From: an uncultured Methanomicrobiaceae archaeon
GTDB lineage: Archaea; Halobacteriota; Methanomicrobia; Methanomicrobiales; Methanomicrobiaceae
Direction of reading: 5' to 3'
NCBI GenBank assembly: GCA_964465295.1
Contig: CAYXKC010000001.1
Coordinates: 43,161-107,160, forward strand
DNA: 64,000 bases
Made by a program: the position numbers and the translations under genes. The notes beneath the pieces are model-generated. The model made no database searches and was not told where the DNA came from. It saw only the letters and a program-made list of their open reading frames with translations. Of the stretch, positions 56,035-64,000 are shown piece by piece. The stretch's first letter is position 1. Each line of letters opens with the position of its first letter.

Positions 56035-57300
56035 TTATTCTGTGGTGGGTTTGGGATTCAGGATTATAAGTTTCACGTCAATAATCCTCCTGCCACGCAT
56101 TTTCATTACCCTCATCTCTACACCGGGATCTTCGATACTTATTACTTCACCGCGTTTTGGAATATGGCCCAGCCTGTCGATAAGAAGACCGCCGATTGTT
56201 TCGTATGATTCATCGATAGGCAGGCTGATGTCAAGGTCTTCGTTAACCCTGTCGACCCACGCACCGGCATCGATGAGATATACTCCTTCATCGATCTTCT
56301 GTATTTCAGGCTCTTCTACGTCGAATTCATCGAGAATATCTCCAACAAGCTCCTCGAGGATGTCCTCAATGGTTATTATCCCCGCATAGGTACCGTATTC
56401 GTCGATCACTATCGCGAGGTGATTCTTCTTCATCTGGAGTTCATTAAGCAGTTCATCGATCTTTTTGCTCTCCGGGACGAAGTGGGCCTCATGCATCAGG
56501 TCAGGTATCCTGATATCAGTTTTCTTGTTGTATACGGCGGCAAATGCATCCTTTACATTAAGCGTTCCGATAATATTGTCTATCTGCTCGTGATATACGG
56601 GAAGTCTTGAAAATCCTGTATCATTGAATACGCTTATTGCATCCTCGAGGCTTGAGTCGTCGCTAATCATTGTGACATCGCCTCTCGGGGTCATTGCCTC
56701 TCTTGCATATGTATCTGTAAACCTGAATACCCGGTGGAGCATCTGGTGTTCGTCCTCTTCAATAGATCCTGACTCTTCACCGGCGTCGATCCATTGTTTG
56801 ATCTCCTCTTCAGTAACTACCGGATGACCGAAGTTTTCTTCAATACGAAAGAGCTTCTTGAAGCCGTCATATACCAGAATTACAGGTGTAAAAAGGTATG
56901 ACAGCATAAGAATCGCCTTTGCAGAAAACAGGGCAACTTTCTCCGGGTGTCTTGCAGCATATGTCTTCGGCCCGATCTCGCCGAAGATAAGCATTATAAC
57001 AGTCACAAATCCTGTTGCAATCCCGATACCGATATCCCCGTAGATCTCTAATGCAATTGCTGTTGCAAGAGATGCCGCGGCAATATTTACGAGATTGTTT
57101 CCGATAAGTATGGTTATCAGGAGATGATCCGTATTTGACTTGATCTTTTCAAGAGCGACCGATCCTTTCTTCTTAAGATCAAGAAGCTGCCTGACTTTTG
57201 CATGATTTATACCGATAAGTGCAACCTCTGATCCGGAGAAAAAAGCGGACAGAATGATGCACAAAACAAAAAGAAATATTCCTAAATTACCTTCGTTCAT
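56035..57300 (-). CDS. CNNM/CorB-type transporter (DUF21 + CBS pair + CorC_HlyC)
   Basis: Four TM segments at the N-terminus (SGSEVAL), a CBS pair and a C-terminal CorC domain. I prefer the ATG at 57300; the track GTG is at 57309. Confidence 0.85.
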   Translation of the reverse strand: MNEGNLGIFLFVLCIILSAFFSGSEVALIGINHAKVRQLLDLKKKGSVALEKIKSNTDHLLITILIGNNLVNIAAASLATAIALEIYGDIGIGIATGFVTVIMLIFGEIGPKTYAARHPEKVALFSAKAILMLSYLFTPVILVYDGFKKLFRIEENFGHPVVTEEEIKQWIDAGEESGSIEEDEHQMLHRVFRFTDTYAREAMTPRGDVTMISDDSSLEDAISVFNDTGFSRLPVYHEQIDNIIGTLNVKDAFAAVYNKKTDIRIPDLMHEAHFVPESKKIDELLNELQMKKNHLAIVIDEYGTYAGIITIEDILEELVGDILDEFDVEEPEIQKIDEGVYLIDAGAWVDRVNEDLDISLPIDESYETIGGLLIDRLGHIPKRGEVISIEDPGVEMRVMKMRGRRIIDVKLIILNPKPTTE

Positions 57301-57432
57301 TTGTTCCACGCCGCCCGGGCGGCAGAATGTTCTTTCTCATATTCAGATTTCTTATCTATAGTCAACCTGAGACAATAAAATTATTACGTTATTTCGGTTC
57401 TTTGAACTTAAAGGAGATGGCTTTAGGGGGAA

Positions 57433-58254
57433 TCATCTGAAGTGACCTTTTATAAAGCTTATATCGTTTCGAACAATTGAAATCTTCTCATCTGCCGTAA
57501 TCTTCCTCTCCAGGTTGAGATCTTCAAGTTCGAGTGTCAGAAATCCGTTATAACCGGTATCTGATAAAATTTTTAAAATATCTCCAATAACAGGGTCGCC
57601 GTCTACAGGGAAGTGGTTGATTGTCCCTGAATTTCTGCTGATATGAACATTCAGAATTCTCTCACCTGCAAGTTCAAGAAAGTCAGGGACATCCCGGTCG
57701 TTATTTGTCATTGCATGGGCAATATCAAGGGTCAGGTAAAGCCACTCTTCATTGTCAAGCAGATCTCTCATCTGTTTTGGTTCTGAGAAGAGAGAATTGA
57801 TCTTAGGAGGCATATTCTCAATGCAGATCTTCACTCCGCTCTTCTCCGAAGCTTCCCTGATCCTGTCGATATATACCTGAAACCTCTCAAGATCCCGTCT
57901 TCCTGCAGGCCTTTTTGCTGTCCTGCGTCCGGGATGAATCGTTAAAACCTGTGCACCCAGGAATTCCGAAAGTTCAACGGCTTCAACGGTATTTTTTATT
58001 GAAATCTCAGCAACATCCGGATTTACGGAGCATGGATTAAGGTCGAGCACCGGCCCGTGAACTGTTACCGGTTTAAGATCCGGGTATTTGTCAAGAATTT
58101 GTAACAGTTTATCTTTATCTCTTCCATGAAGCCAGAAATCGGGCGTCTCAGGCCAGAACTCTATTGCACTGCATCCTGCCGTCTTTACAAACGAGAAGAT
58201 TTCATCACATGTGTATTCATGGAAAAACATGCTTGAAACCGAATACCGGGGCAT
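57433..58254 (-). CDS. Xylose-isomerase-like TIM-barrel protein (sugar phosphate isomerase/epimerase family)
   Basis: 273 aa with AIEFW, TIHPG, IENM and LDIAH-type metal-ligand spacing. Confidence 0.7.
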   Translation of the reverse strand: MPRYSVSSMFFHEYTCDEIFSFVKTAGCSAIEFWPETPDFWLHGRDKDKLLQILDKYPDLKPVTVHGPVLDLNPCSVNPDVAEISIKNTVEAVELSEFLGAQVLTIHPGRRTAKRPAGRRDLERFQVYIDRIREASEKSGVKICIENMPPKINSLFSEPKQMRDLLDNEEWLYLTLDIAHAMTNNDRDVPDFLELAGERILNVHISRNSGTINHFPVDGDPVIGDILKILSDTGYNGFLTLELEDLNLERKITADEKISIVRNDISFIKGHFR

Positions 58255-58315
58255 TTATCCAAAATATTGACGATATAATATTTAACTGGTGCCCAGTTGA
58301 CAGAGTCTGGGTACT

Positions 58316-58798
58316 TTATTTCCGGGTCTCTAAAGAACGTGAAAAATTCATCATCTCGTAAAGCATCTGTTCCGGACTGCCATAAAGAAGATAAATGCCA
58401 TAAATTGTAACTGCAAGAAATACCAGCATTACAACCAGCGGGATGAAGATCATCAGGAAGAGGTCTCTGGATAAAACGGGGCGGTATGCGGTTTTACCCC
58501 TCTGTATAAGGTCGGCATTTTTATAGGCATCATACATCCCGAATATCCATACGATAATACCCGGCAAAAACCAGAACAGTGAACCGATAAAGAAAATGAA
58601 GAAGATAATCAGTCCTTTTGAGAGCCTGTCACCATTGTAGATCTGACCGAGGCCGGGGAAAAATGCAGATAGAATTACGGATACTGCCGGGACCTTTAAC
58701 TGGACATCCTTAAGTTGCAGCACGGCGCCGCATTCGGTGCAGGTTTCATCTCCGTCATCAAGCCTGCTCCCGCAGTATGGGCAGTATGAAATATCCAT
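58316..58798 (-). CDS. Zinc-ribbon membrane protein
   Basis: CPYCGSRL...CTECG, followed by 3-4 TM segments with a PGLGQIYNG motif. Confidence 0.6.
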   Translation of the reverse strand: MDISYCPYCGSRLDDGDETCTECGAVLQLKDVQLKVPAVSVILSAFFPGLGQIYNGDRLSKGLIIFFIFFIGSLFWFLPGIIVWIFGMYDAYKNADLIQRGKTAYRPVLSRDLFLMIFIPLVVMLVFLAVTIYGIYLLYGSPEQMLYEMMNFSRSLETRK

Positions 58799-58879
58799 GA
58801 ATTAATTATGCCGGACAATTTTTAATCATTATCGCAGATCCGGCAAAATCATATCTTTACCGGCGCAATATAATTATCG

Positions 58880-60121
58880 ATGGACTGGTTTGGCCTTGGG
58901 GATGACCCGGGGGAAAATGAGATAAAAACCGTTTCTGAGATCTCTGCGATAATAAAGAAGAGGCTTGACGATGAGTCGCTTCATGGCATCTGGGTGGAAG
59001 GGGAGCTTACGAATTTCAGGTTCCACACCTCAGGCCATTTCTACTTTTCACTTACCGAATCTTCATACGGCAGAGAATACCTGATTAACTGTTCTATGTG
59101 GCGCAGCAGTGCACGCGAGGTATCATTTAAGCCTGAATCGGGGATGAAGGTGCGTGCATGGGGTTCGGTGGAGGTTTATGAACCCCATGGTAAATACCAG
59201 TTTATTGTAAAGGAGCTCCTTGTCGCAGGCGAAGGAGACAAGCATCTTCTTGTGGCAGGATGGAAGAAGGAGCTTGCATCCGAAGGACTGTTCAATGAGG
59301 AGTTTAAAAAACCCCTCCCGCTTTTTCCAAAAAAGGTCGGGGTCGTCTCCTCTCCTTCGGGTGCAGCAAGAAGGGATATTGAGAATGTCATCTCCCGCAG
59401 GTATCCTGTTGAGATCATTTTATCTCCTGCACTGGTCCAGGGCGATAGTGCGCCATCTGATATCGCGAAAGCTATCCGGCGTATCGATGGTCTGGCAGAC
59501 GTTATTATCGTCGGAAGGGGTGGAGGAAGTTTTGAGGACCTCTTTCCCTTCAACCACCCTGATGTTGTAAGAGCGGTCTTTGAATGCAAAACTCCGGTTG
59601 TAAGCGCCGTCGGCCATGAGATCGATTATACACTGGCCGATCTGGCGGCGGACGTGAGGGCGCCGACACCCTCTGCAGCTGCCGAGATTGTCGTTCCCGA
59701 CAGGGCTGAACTTATCAGACAGCTTAAATCACACGGGAAGACTCTTGAAAATTCCTTGTGCGACCGGTTTTTCAGGGAGAGAGAGTCACTTGAAAACCTT
59801 AGGCTGAGGCTGCATCCAAGAAGGCTTGAGCAGGCGATTAATGAGCATTACCAGGGGCTGGAAGATCTGTCGGCCCGCCTTGATCATTCGATGAAAGGTT
59901 ATATCGAGAGGGAACGGATGTCCCTCGCACTAATCGGTACTTCACTTGCGGCATCCAATCCCAAAAAGCCCCTGGAAGAGGGTTATTGTATAATAAGGAA
60001 AGAGAATTCTGTTATTAGGTCGGCGGGAGACCTTTCAGTTGAGGATCGTGTCATGATAATAATGAAGGACGGTGAATGCCGGGCAGTAATTGAGGATGTG
60101 AATTATGGAAAAGACGTATGA
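58880..60121 (+). CDS. xseA: Exodeoxyribonuclease VII large subunit
   Basis: OB-fold N-terminus IWVEGELTNFRFHTSGHFYFSL; RGGGSFEDL; helical C-terminus. 413 aa. Confidence 0.9.
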   Translation: MDWFGLGDDPGENEIKTVSEISAIIKKRLDDESLHGIWVEGELTNFRFHTSGHFYFSLTESSYGREYLINCSMWRSSAREVSFKPESGMKVRAWGSVEVYEPHGKYQFIVKELLVAGEGDKHLLVAGWKKELASEGLFNEEFKKPLPLFPKKVGVVSSPSGAARRDIENVISRRYPVEIILSPALVQGDSAPSDIAKAIRRIDGLADVIIVGRGGGSFEDLFPFNHPDVVRAVFECKTPVVSAVGHEIDYTLADLAADVRAPTPSAAAEIVVPDRAELIRQLKSHGKTLENSLCDRFFRERESLENLRLRLHPRRLEQAINEHYQGLEDLSARLDHSMKGYIERERMSLALIGTSLAASNPKKPLEEGYCIIRKENSVIRSAGDLSVEDRVMIIMKDGECRAVIEDVNYGKDV

Positions 60122-60296
60122 AGAGATGGTTAAAGAGTTAAAAGAGATAATTGAAAAGATTGAGAACCGGGAATCCGGACTCGATGAGAGCCTCATTCTT
60201 TACGGGCGTGGCATGGAGATTCTTCGAAGCTGTGAAAAATACCTGGAAGATGCGGAACTGAAGGTGACCGAGCTTCAGGGTTCAGCCGGGCAGTAA
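60105..60296 (+). CDS. xseB: Exodeoxyribonuclease VII small subunit
   Basis: 63 aa helical hairpin, EEMVKELKEIIEKIENRESGLDESLILYGRGMEILRSCEKYLEDAE. It overlaps the xseA end by 17 nt. Confidence 0.8.
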   Translation: MEKTYEEMVKELKEIIEKIENRESGLDESLILYGRGMEILRSCEKYLEDAELKVTELQGSAGQ

Positions 60297-60738
60297 GAGT
60301 GATCCTGATCTCCTTTTCCGTTCTTATCAAATCTATGACATTGCGGGGGATCATCTCCGCGGTGAGGTCGGAATAAATTCCTATTGTCCTCTGGCAGACA
60401 AATCCGCTTCTTCTCCATACCATATCCGTCTCATGCTCCAGGGTGATTCCCGCAGAGCCGCATGAATGCACACAAAAGCCTGTTCCATCCACTTCAAAGA
60501 CGGTCAGCAGCTCCGATCTTTCATCTGCAAGAATATCCCGGAATTCGCGGGAGAGATCCTTTGAACCTTTATCCGAAGAAACCCCGATAATGCACGTGCC
60601 TTTTTTCGTGACCTCCGGCTCTTTTGTTATCTCAAAGGTGGAGCGGTGGGTTGCCGTAACATTCGGGTGGCCCCTGCAGGTTATAGTTTCAGTTGCAGAT
60701 ATTATTCCGGGTCCCCTGCAGAGATGCTGATCAGGCAT
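60193..60738 (-). CDS. DUF371-like archaeal protein with a C-terminal tail
   Basis: The core ITCRGHPNVTATHRSTFEITKE... resembles DUF371 (recalled). The last ~35 aa lie antisense to xseB (104-nt convergent overlap). Confidence 0.5.
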   Translation of the reverse strand: MPDQHLCRGPGIISATETITCRGHPNVTATHRSTFEITKEPEVTKKGTCIIGVSSDKGSKDLSREFRDILADERSELLTVFEVDGTGFCVHSCGSAGITLEHETDMVWRRSGFVCQRTIGIYSDLTAEMIPRNVIDLIRTEKEIRITLTARLNPEARSPSVPHLPGIFHSFEESPCHARKE

Positions 60739-60794
60739 TTAAGATAATTTAGCCTGCAAGAATATATTTCATATTCTGCTGATATTATAAGGTA

Positions 60795-61370
60795 ATGACT
60801 TTCGAATTTTATTGTCCCTCCTGCGGAAAGGATACGGATCACGAGGTGATAAAAGAGACAGGCGATCTTCTTGTGCGCTGTCTTGAATGCGGCGGCATAC
60901 GTCATGAAAAAAAGCCGGAGATGCCTAAAGAACTTTCTATTAAGACGATAGTTAGTGGGGAAGGCGAGTCGGAGACGGGTGTGGCCGAGCTGTTTGAGGA
61001 CGAGATCGTTGAACTTGGGGACATAATTGTTGCCGAAGTAGGGGATGAGCCGGTCGGCGTTGAGGTTACGGGTATTGAATCCGGTCCCAGGCGTCTTTCA
61101 AAGGCAAAGGCGTCGGATATCGATACTCTCTGGACCCGCATTGTGGAAAAGGTCGTTGTTCGTGTTTCATGCCATGCAGGAAGAAAGACCATTCCGCTTT
61201 TTATCGAATCGGATGGTGAGAAGGATTTTGCTGTAGGGGAGATCTTCAGTGCCGAAGGCCTTCGTTTCAGGATTACCCATATAAAACTGAGGTCAGGTTC
61301 GGTTATGAGAAAGGAGGGCTGGAAAGCCTATGCAAGGAAGATAAAGAGAATATACGGGACAAAAATTTAA
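60795..61370 (+). CDS. Zinc-finger protein (HVO_0476-like family)
   Basis: N-terminal CPSCGKDTDHEV...RCLECG zinc ribbon. 191 aa. The family name is recalled, not searched. Confidence 0.5.
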   Translation: MTFEFYCPSCGKDTDHEVIKETGDLLVRCLECGGIRHEKKPEMPKELSIKTIVSGEGESETGVAELFEDEIVELGDIIVAEVGDEPVGVEVTGIESGPRRLSKAKASDIDTLWTRIVEKVVVRVSCHAGRKTIPLFIESDGEKDFAVGEIFSAEGLRFRITHIKLRSGSVMRKEGWKAYARKIKRIYGTKI

Positions 61371-61375
61371 AAAAA

Positions 61376-61383
61376 TTTTTTTT
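61376..61383 (+). terminator. Oligo-T (T8) terminator; a second T8 lies at 61399-61406
   Basis: T runs lie immediately after the stop at 61368-61370. The flanking A5 serves the convergent minus-strand gene. Confidence 0.45.
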
Positions 61384-61420
61384 GATTCGTTATTGAAATT
61401 TTTTTTAGTCCATTAAAATA

Positions 61421-62104
61421 TTATTTAAGTTCCCTTACTTTTATTTCGGCAAGGGCATATCCGTATCTCATTGTAACCGTATCGTTTGTCTTTCCGATAA
61501 TCAGTGACGGCCTGCTGAGAGCGGATTTATTCTCCGAATAGCTTCCCTCTTCAGAGTACAGGAATGTAAGCGGCATCATCATTCCAACCATCGCCTGCGA
61601 GAAGTTTGCTCCGGCTTCATTGAATGTCTCTGCTGACATGTTCTGGATGAGGGTGGGTGCAAACTCCAGGTCAATCTTTTTGATATCGTTTTGATGCATG
61701 CCCTCGACCTCACTGCTTATCGTGTCGATCTCAAGGTCGAATAACGCGTACTTGACAACCCCTTCGGGGTATAGGTAGACATCTATCGGTGTAATCTTTT
61801 TCGACTGGATATTTCCCACTTCAATGAGCAGGGGATTTGTGTATGCGACAGGTATTCCCTGGTTTACAGCTTCCTGGACGAGGTACTGGTCTGATGATAT
61901 GATCGGCAGCCCTTCTTCATAGAACAGGGTGTAATCTACAATTGCAAAACTGCCTGCTTCTGCTGTCTTGAATATTGAGAAAAATGACGTTGACAGGCTG
62001 AAACCTATTACACAGGCAAAGAGAATGACCACGATAAATACGCGTGAGAGCGTCTTTTGCCAATCGGTAGATTTTTTCCGGCTTTCCTTCCTCTTCTTGG
62101 ACAT
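61421..62104 (-). CDS. Membrane-anchored hypothetical protein
   Basis: Basic N-terminus and a single TM segment (VFIVVILFACVIGFSL), followed by an about 180-aa extracytoplasmic domain. A weak FKBP-like start (AIVDYTLFYEEG) is not enough for a call. Confidence 0.4.
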   Translation of the reverse strand: MSKKRKESRKKSTDWQKTLSRVFIVVILFACVIGFSLSTSFFSIFKTAEAGSFAIVDYTLFYEEGLPIISSDQYLVQEAVNQGIPVAYTNPLLIEVGNIQSKKITPIDVYLYPEGVVKYALFDLEIDTISSEVEGMHQNDIKKIDLEFAPTLIQNMSAETFNEAGANFSQAMVGMMMPLTFLYSEEGSYSENKSALSRPSLIIGKTNDTVTMRYGYALAEIKVRELK

Positions 62105-62190
62105 CTTTATTATTTTTGGTTTATTTGCTGATAAATAATTTCATATGCGCTATCGCAGATATCCTCCGGATATGTATTGCTACAAAAAAT

Positions 62191-62202
62191 ATATTTAAAT
62201 AT
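62191..62202 (+). promoter_or_regulatory. Candidate TATA box for hsp20
   Basis: ATATTTAAATAT lies about 50-60 nt upstream of the ATG. GGAAGGAGGA lies directly before the start. Confidence 0.35.
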
Positions 62203-62249
62203 TTTAATCAGTAACAGGGGGTTAGGCTGTAAGGCCGCAGGAAGGAGGA

Positions 62250-62723
62250 ATGTTGATGATAAGAAGACGCATGTATCCGGTCTATTCGCTCTGGAACGAG
62301 ATCGACGAGCTTATGAACATGATGGAAAACAGGCTTTCAGAATCATTTTCAGGTGAAAATGTATTCTCAAACCGGATAAAACCTGTAATTTCAGGTGAAT
62401 GCCGTGTCGACGTAATTGATCATGATGAAGAGACCTATGTCGTCGCCGATCTTCCCGGGGCTGAGAAGGATGACGTAAAAATAAAGCTTATCGATCCAAA
62501 GACTCTTGAAATTTCATGCCACCGGGAGAAGAAGACAGAAGAGAAGGACGAGGAGAAGGGCTACTATCTCAGGGAAAGGGTATATGGCGAGATGATCAGG
62601 CATGTATCACTCCCAGTTGAGGTTACTGAAGACGGTGCCACTGCGTCGTTTAACAATGGTGTCCTTGAAGTCCACCTGAAGAAGATTGCACTTGGCCCTG
62701 GTAAAAATATCGAAATTAAATAA
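62250..62723 (+). CDS. hsp20: Small heat-shock protein Hsp20/alpha-crystallin
   Basis: Alpha-crystallin domain: DVIDHDEETYVVADLPGAEKDDVKI...ASFNNGVLEVHL. Confidence 0.9.
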   Translation: MLMIRRRMYPVYSLWNEIDELMNMMENRLSESFSGENVFSNRIKPVISGECRVDVIDHDEETYVVADLPGAEKDDVKIKLIDPKTLEISCHREKKTEEKDEEKGYYLRERVYGEMIRHVSLPVEVTEDGATASFNNGVLEVHLKKIALGPGKNIEIK

Positions 62724-62770
62724 ACTTTTTTCCGAATTCTTCAAGTTCATGTAAAACAATTCTTTTCACG

Positions 62771-63556
62771 ATGGATAAGAAGAAGGTCAGGGATTATATG
62801 ACCTATGATGTCGTTACCATTGATGTCAACGGAACGGCAAAGGACGTCATTGAGGCAATAAGGGACACTCATCATGACGGTTTTCCCGTTGTCGACAATA
62901 AAAACGTAGTGGGTTATATCGCGGCAAGAGATCTTTTGTTCGTCTATCCTTCATCTCCGGTAGATAGAATAATGAGCCGGCACCTGATTGTTGCGGATCC
63001 TGATATGAGTATAAACGATGCTGCAAGGGTGATCTTCAGGTCGGGTATCCAGAAACTGCCTGTGGTCGATGAGGATGGCGACCTTATTGGTATTATATCA
63101 AATGCGGATGTAATCCGGTCACAGATTGAGCATGTATCGCCGGAAAAGGTGTATAAATTCATCGATACCCTGAAGATGCTCCATGACATCAATCCTTCAA
63201 TGAACCGGGAGGTGGTTTCGGTGGATCACCTGCTTCCCACCCAGTCCAAGATATACGAGGATGAACTTGAAGGAAGGATATATGAAATTAAAAAAGGTCT
63301 TGCAGAACCTATCATAGTTGTAAGAAAGCCCGGGAAATTAATACTCGTGGACGGTCACCACAGGGCTGTCGCTGCAAAAAGGATGGGAATTAAAGAGCTT
63401 GATGCCTACGTGATCGAGCTGGGGGCAGATGTCGAGCTGGGCCTTGAGAAGACGGCACGTGAGATGAACCTGCACACCCTTGACGATATCAAAGTTCTTG
63501 ATTATGCCCGCCACCCCCTTATGGCTGTAACCCACAGGCTTGTCCGCCACGGTTAA
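62771..63556 (+). CDS. CBS-pair + ParB/Srx-like nuclease-domain fusion protein
   Basis: Two CBS motifs in the N-terminal half. The C-terminal half has LLPTQ...PIIVV...ILVDGHHRAVAAKRMG, the ParB/sulfiredoxin-fold signature. Confidence 0.8.
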   Translation: MDKKKVRDYMTYDVVTIDVNGTAKDVIEAIRDTHHDGFPVVDNKNVVGYIAARDLLFVYPSSPVDRIMSRHLIVADPDMSINDAARVIFRSGIQKLPVVDEDGDLIGIISNADVIRSQIEHVSPEKVYKFIDTLKMLHDINPSMNREVVSVDHLLPTQSKIYEDELEGRIYEIKKGLAEPIIVVRKPGKLILVDGHHRAVAAKRMGIKELDAYVIELGADVELGLEKTAREMNLHTLDDIKVLDYARHPLMAVTHRLVRHG

Positions 63557-63559
63557 AAG

Positions 63560-64000
63560 TTATGAGCCCCTGTATGAGGTTTCAAAATCCTCATTCAGGA
63601 TATTCTCTTTTACGACCGAATTCTCTTCAACGATCACTTCAGGCCAGATTCTTGTTCCCGAGTGAACGACTGATCCTTTTTTAAGGATCACTCTCGGGCC
63701 GATAACGGTGTTGTTTTCGATATTGCAGCCCTCTCCTATGCCGGCATCGTTATCAATGATACTTCCGCTTATTGTGCTGTTTTTTCCAATATCGACCCCG
63801 TTGTAGATAGATGCGGAAAATATCCTTGAGTTGTCACCGATTACACAGTTCTCCCCCAGGCTCGTGTATGGGCCAACCAGAACTCTTTCACCAATTACTG
63901 TTCCTGTACCGATTGATACCGGTCCGATAATCCTGGAATTCTTTCCAATTTTTATTGAATCCCCGAACTGAACAGGACCAAGCACATGGGCCCCCTTAAT
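63560..64000 (-). CDS. Left-handed beta-helix (hexapeptide-repeat) C-terminal domain of a sugar-nucleotidyltransferase/acetyltransferase, partial
   Basis: Repeated [LIV]G-x4 hexapeptides (IGKNSRIIGPVSIGTGTVIGERVLVGP...). The frame stays open to the window end, so the N-terminal domain is probably outside the window. Confidence 0.7.
   Translation of the reverse strand: MKGAHVLGPVQFGDSIKIGKNSRIIGPVSIGTGTVIGERVLVGPYTSLGENCVIGDNSRIFSASIYNGVDIGKNSTISGSIIDNDAGIGEGCNIENNTVIGPRVILKKGSVVHSGTRIWPEVIVEENSVVKENILNEDFETSYRGS

Noticed and set aside
1-64000. tRNA, rRNA, SRP RNA or RNase P RNA genes, and in-frame UGA/UAG recoding (Sec/Pyl).
   Set aside because: I scanned all spacers longer than 50 bp by eye. 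I saw no cloverleaf-compatible GTTCRAATC-type T-arms and no GC-rich structured RNA blocks. No conserved gene is interrupted by an in-frame stop. A covariance-model scan would be needed to be definitive.

Overview
This is a 64-kb chromosomal segment of a methanogenic euryarchaeon. Gene content suggests a class II methanogen, probably Methanomicrobiales-like; that is inference only. The window is densely coding, with about 75 genes. I saw no rRNA, tRNA or CRISPR array by eye. Main blocks: (1) 0.3-7.7 kb, a tightly coupled minus-strand operon atwA-mmp3-mmp6-mmp5-mmp15-mmp17-mmp7 (MCR component A2 plus six methanogenesis-marker proteins), followed by an AhpD-like CxxC gene. (2) 7.8-21.4 kb, a HAD (soluble P-type-ATPase-like) protein, a bona fide form III RuBisCO, a divergent AdoMetDC-like protein, dapF, radB, larC, an unusually long Cdc48, an acyl-CoA synthetase, a Walker-A-degenerate KaiC-like protein, an acyltransferase, a metE-like gene and aspS. 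(3) 21.5-26 kb, a universal stress protein (Usp), a secreted protein, and two CofD paralogs flanking a polytopic membrane protein. (4) 27.4-30.3 kb, ubiX, a UbiD-family gene and an aconitase-X gene, which looks like the archaeal trans-anhydromevalonate-phosphate branch of the mevalonate pathway; a DUF2156+GNAT pair lies next to it. (5) 34.5-37.6 kb, an AT-rich island carrying only an acidic hypothetical gene and a XerA-like tyrosine recombinase, with a 13-bp tandem repeat at one border and a near-copy of the unit at the other. (6) mutS-mutL, and further on xseA-xseB, all bacterial-type repair genes. (7) 45.2-55.4 kb, a co-directional minus-strand information-processing block: ksgA, DUF655, rpoF, L21e, pus10, trmY, srp54, ftsY, pfdA, LX, aIF6, L31e, L39e, S19e, yhbY, rnp4. 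The block contains a hairpin-rich ~150-nt leader upstream of rps19e. No single obvious novel multi-gene system stands out. The most checkable leads are the recombinase island with its repeats, the CofD/membrane/CofD-like trio, the C-terminally extended HerA-like ATPase, the rps19e leader, and the CxxC gene appended to the Mmp operon. All family assignments come from motif recognition and memory, not from searches.
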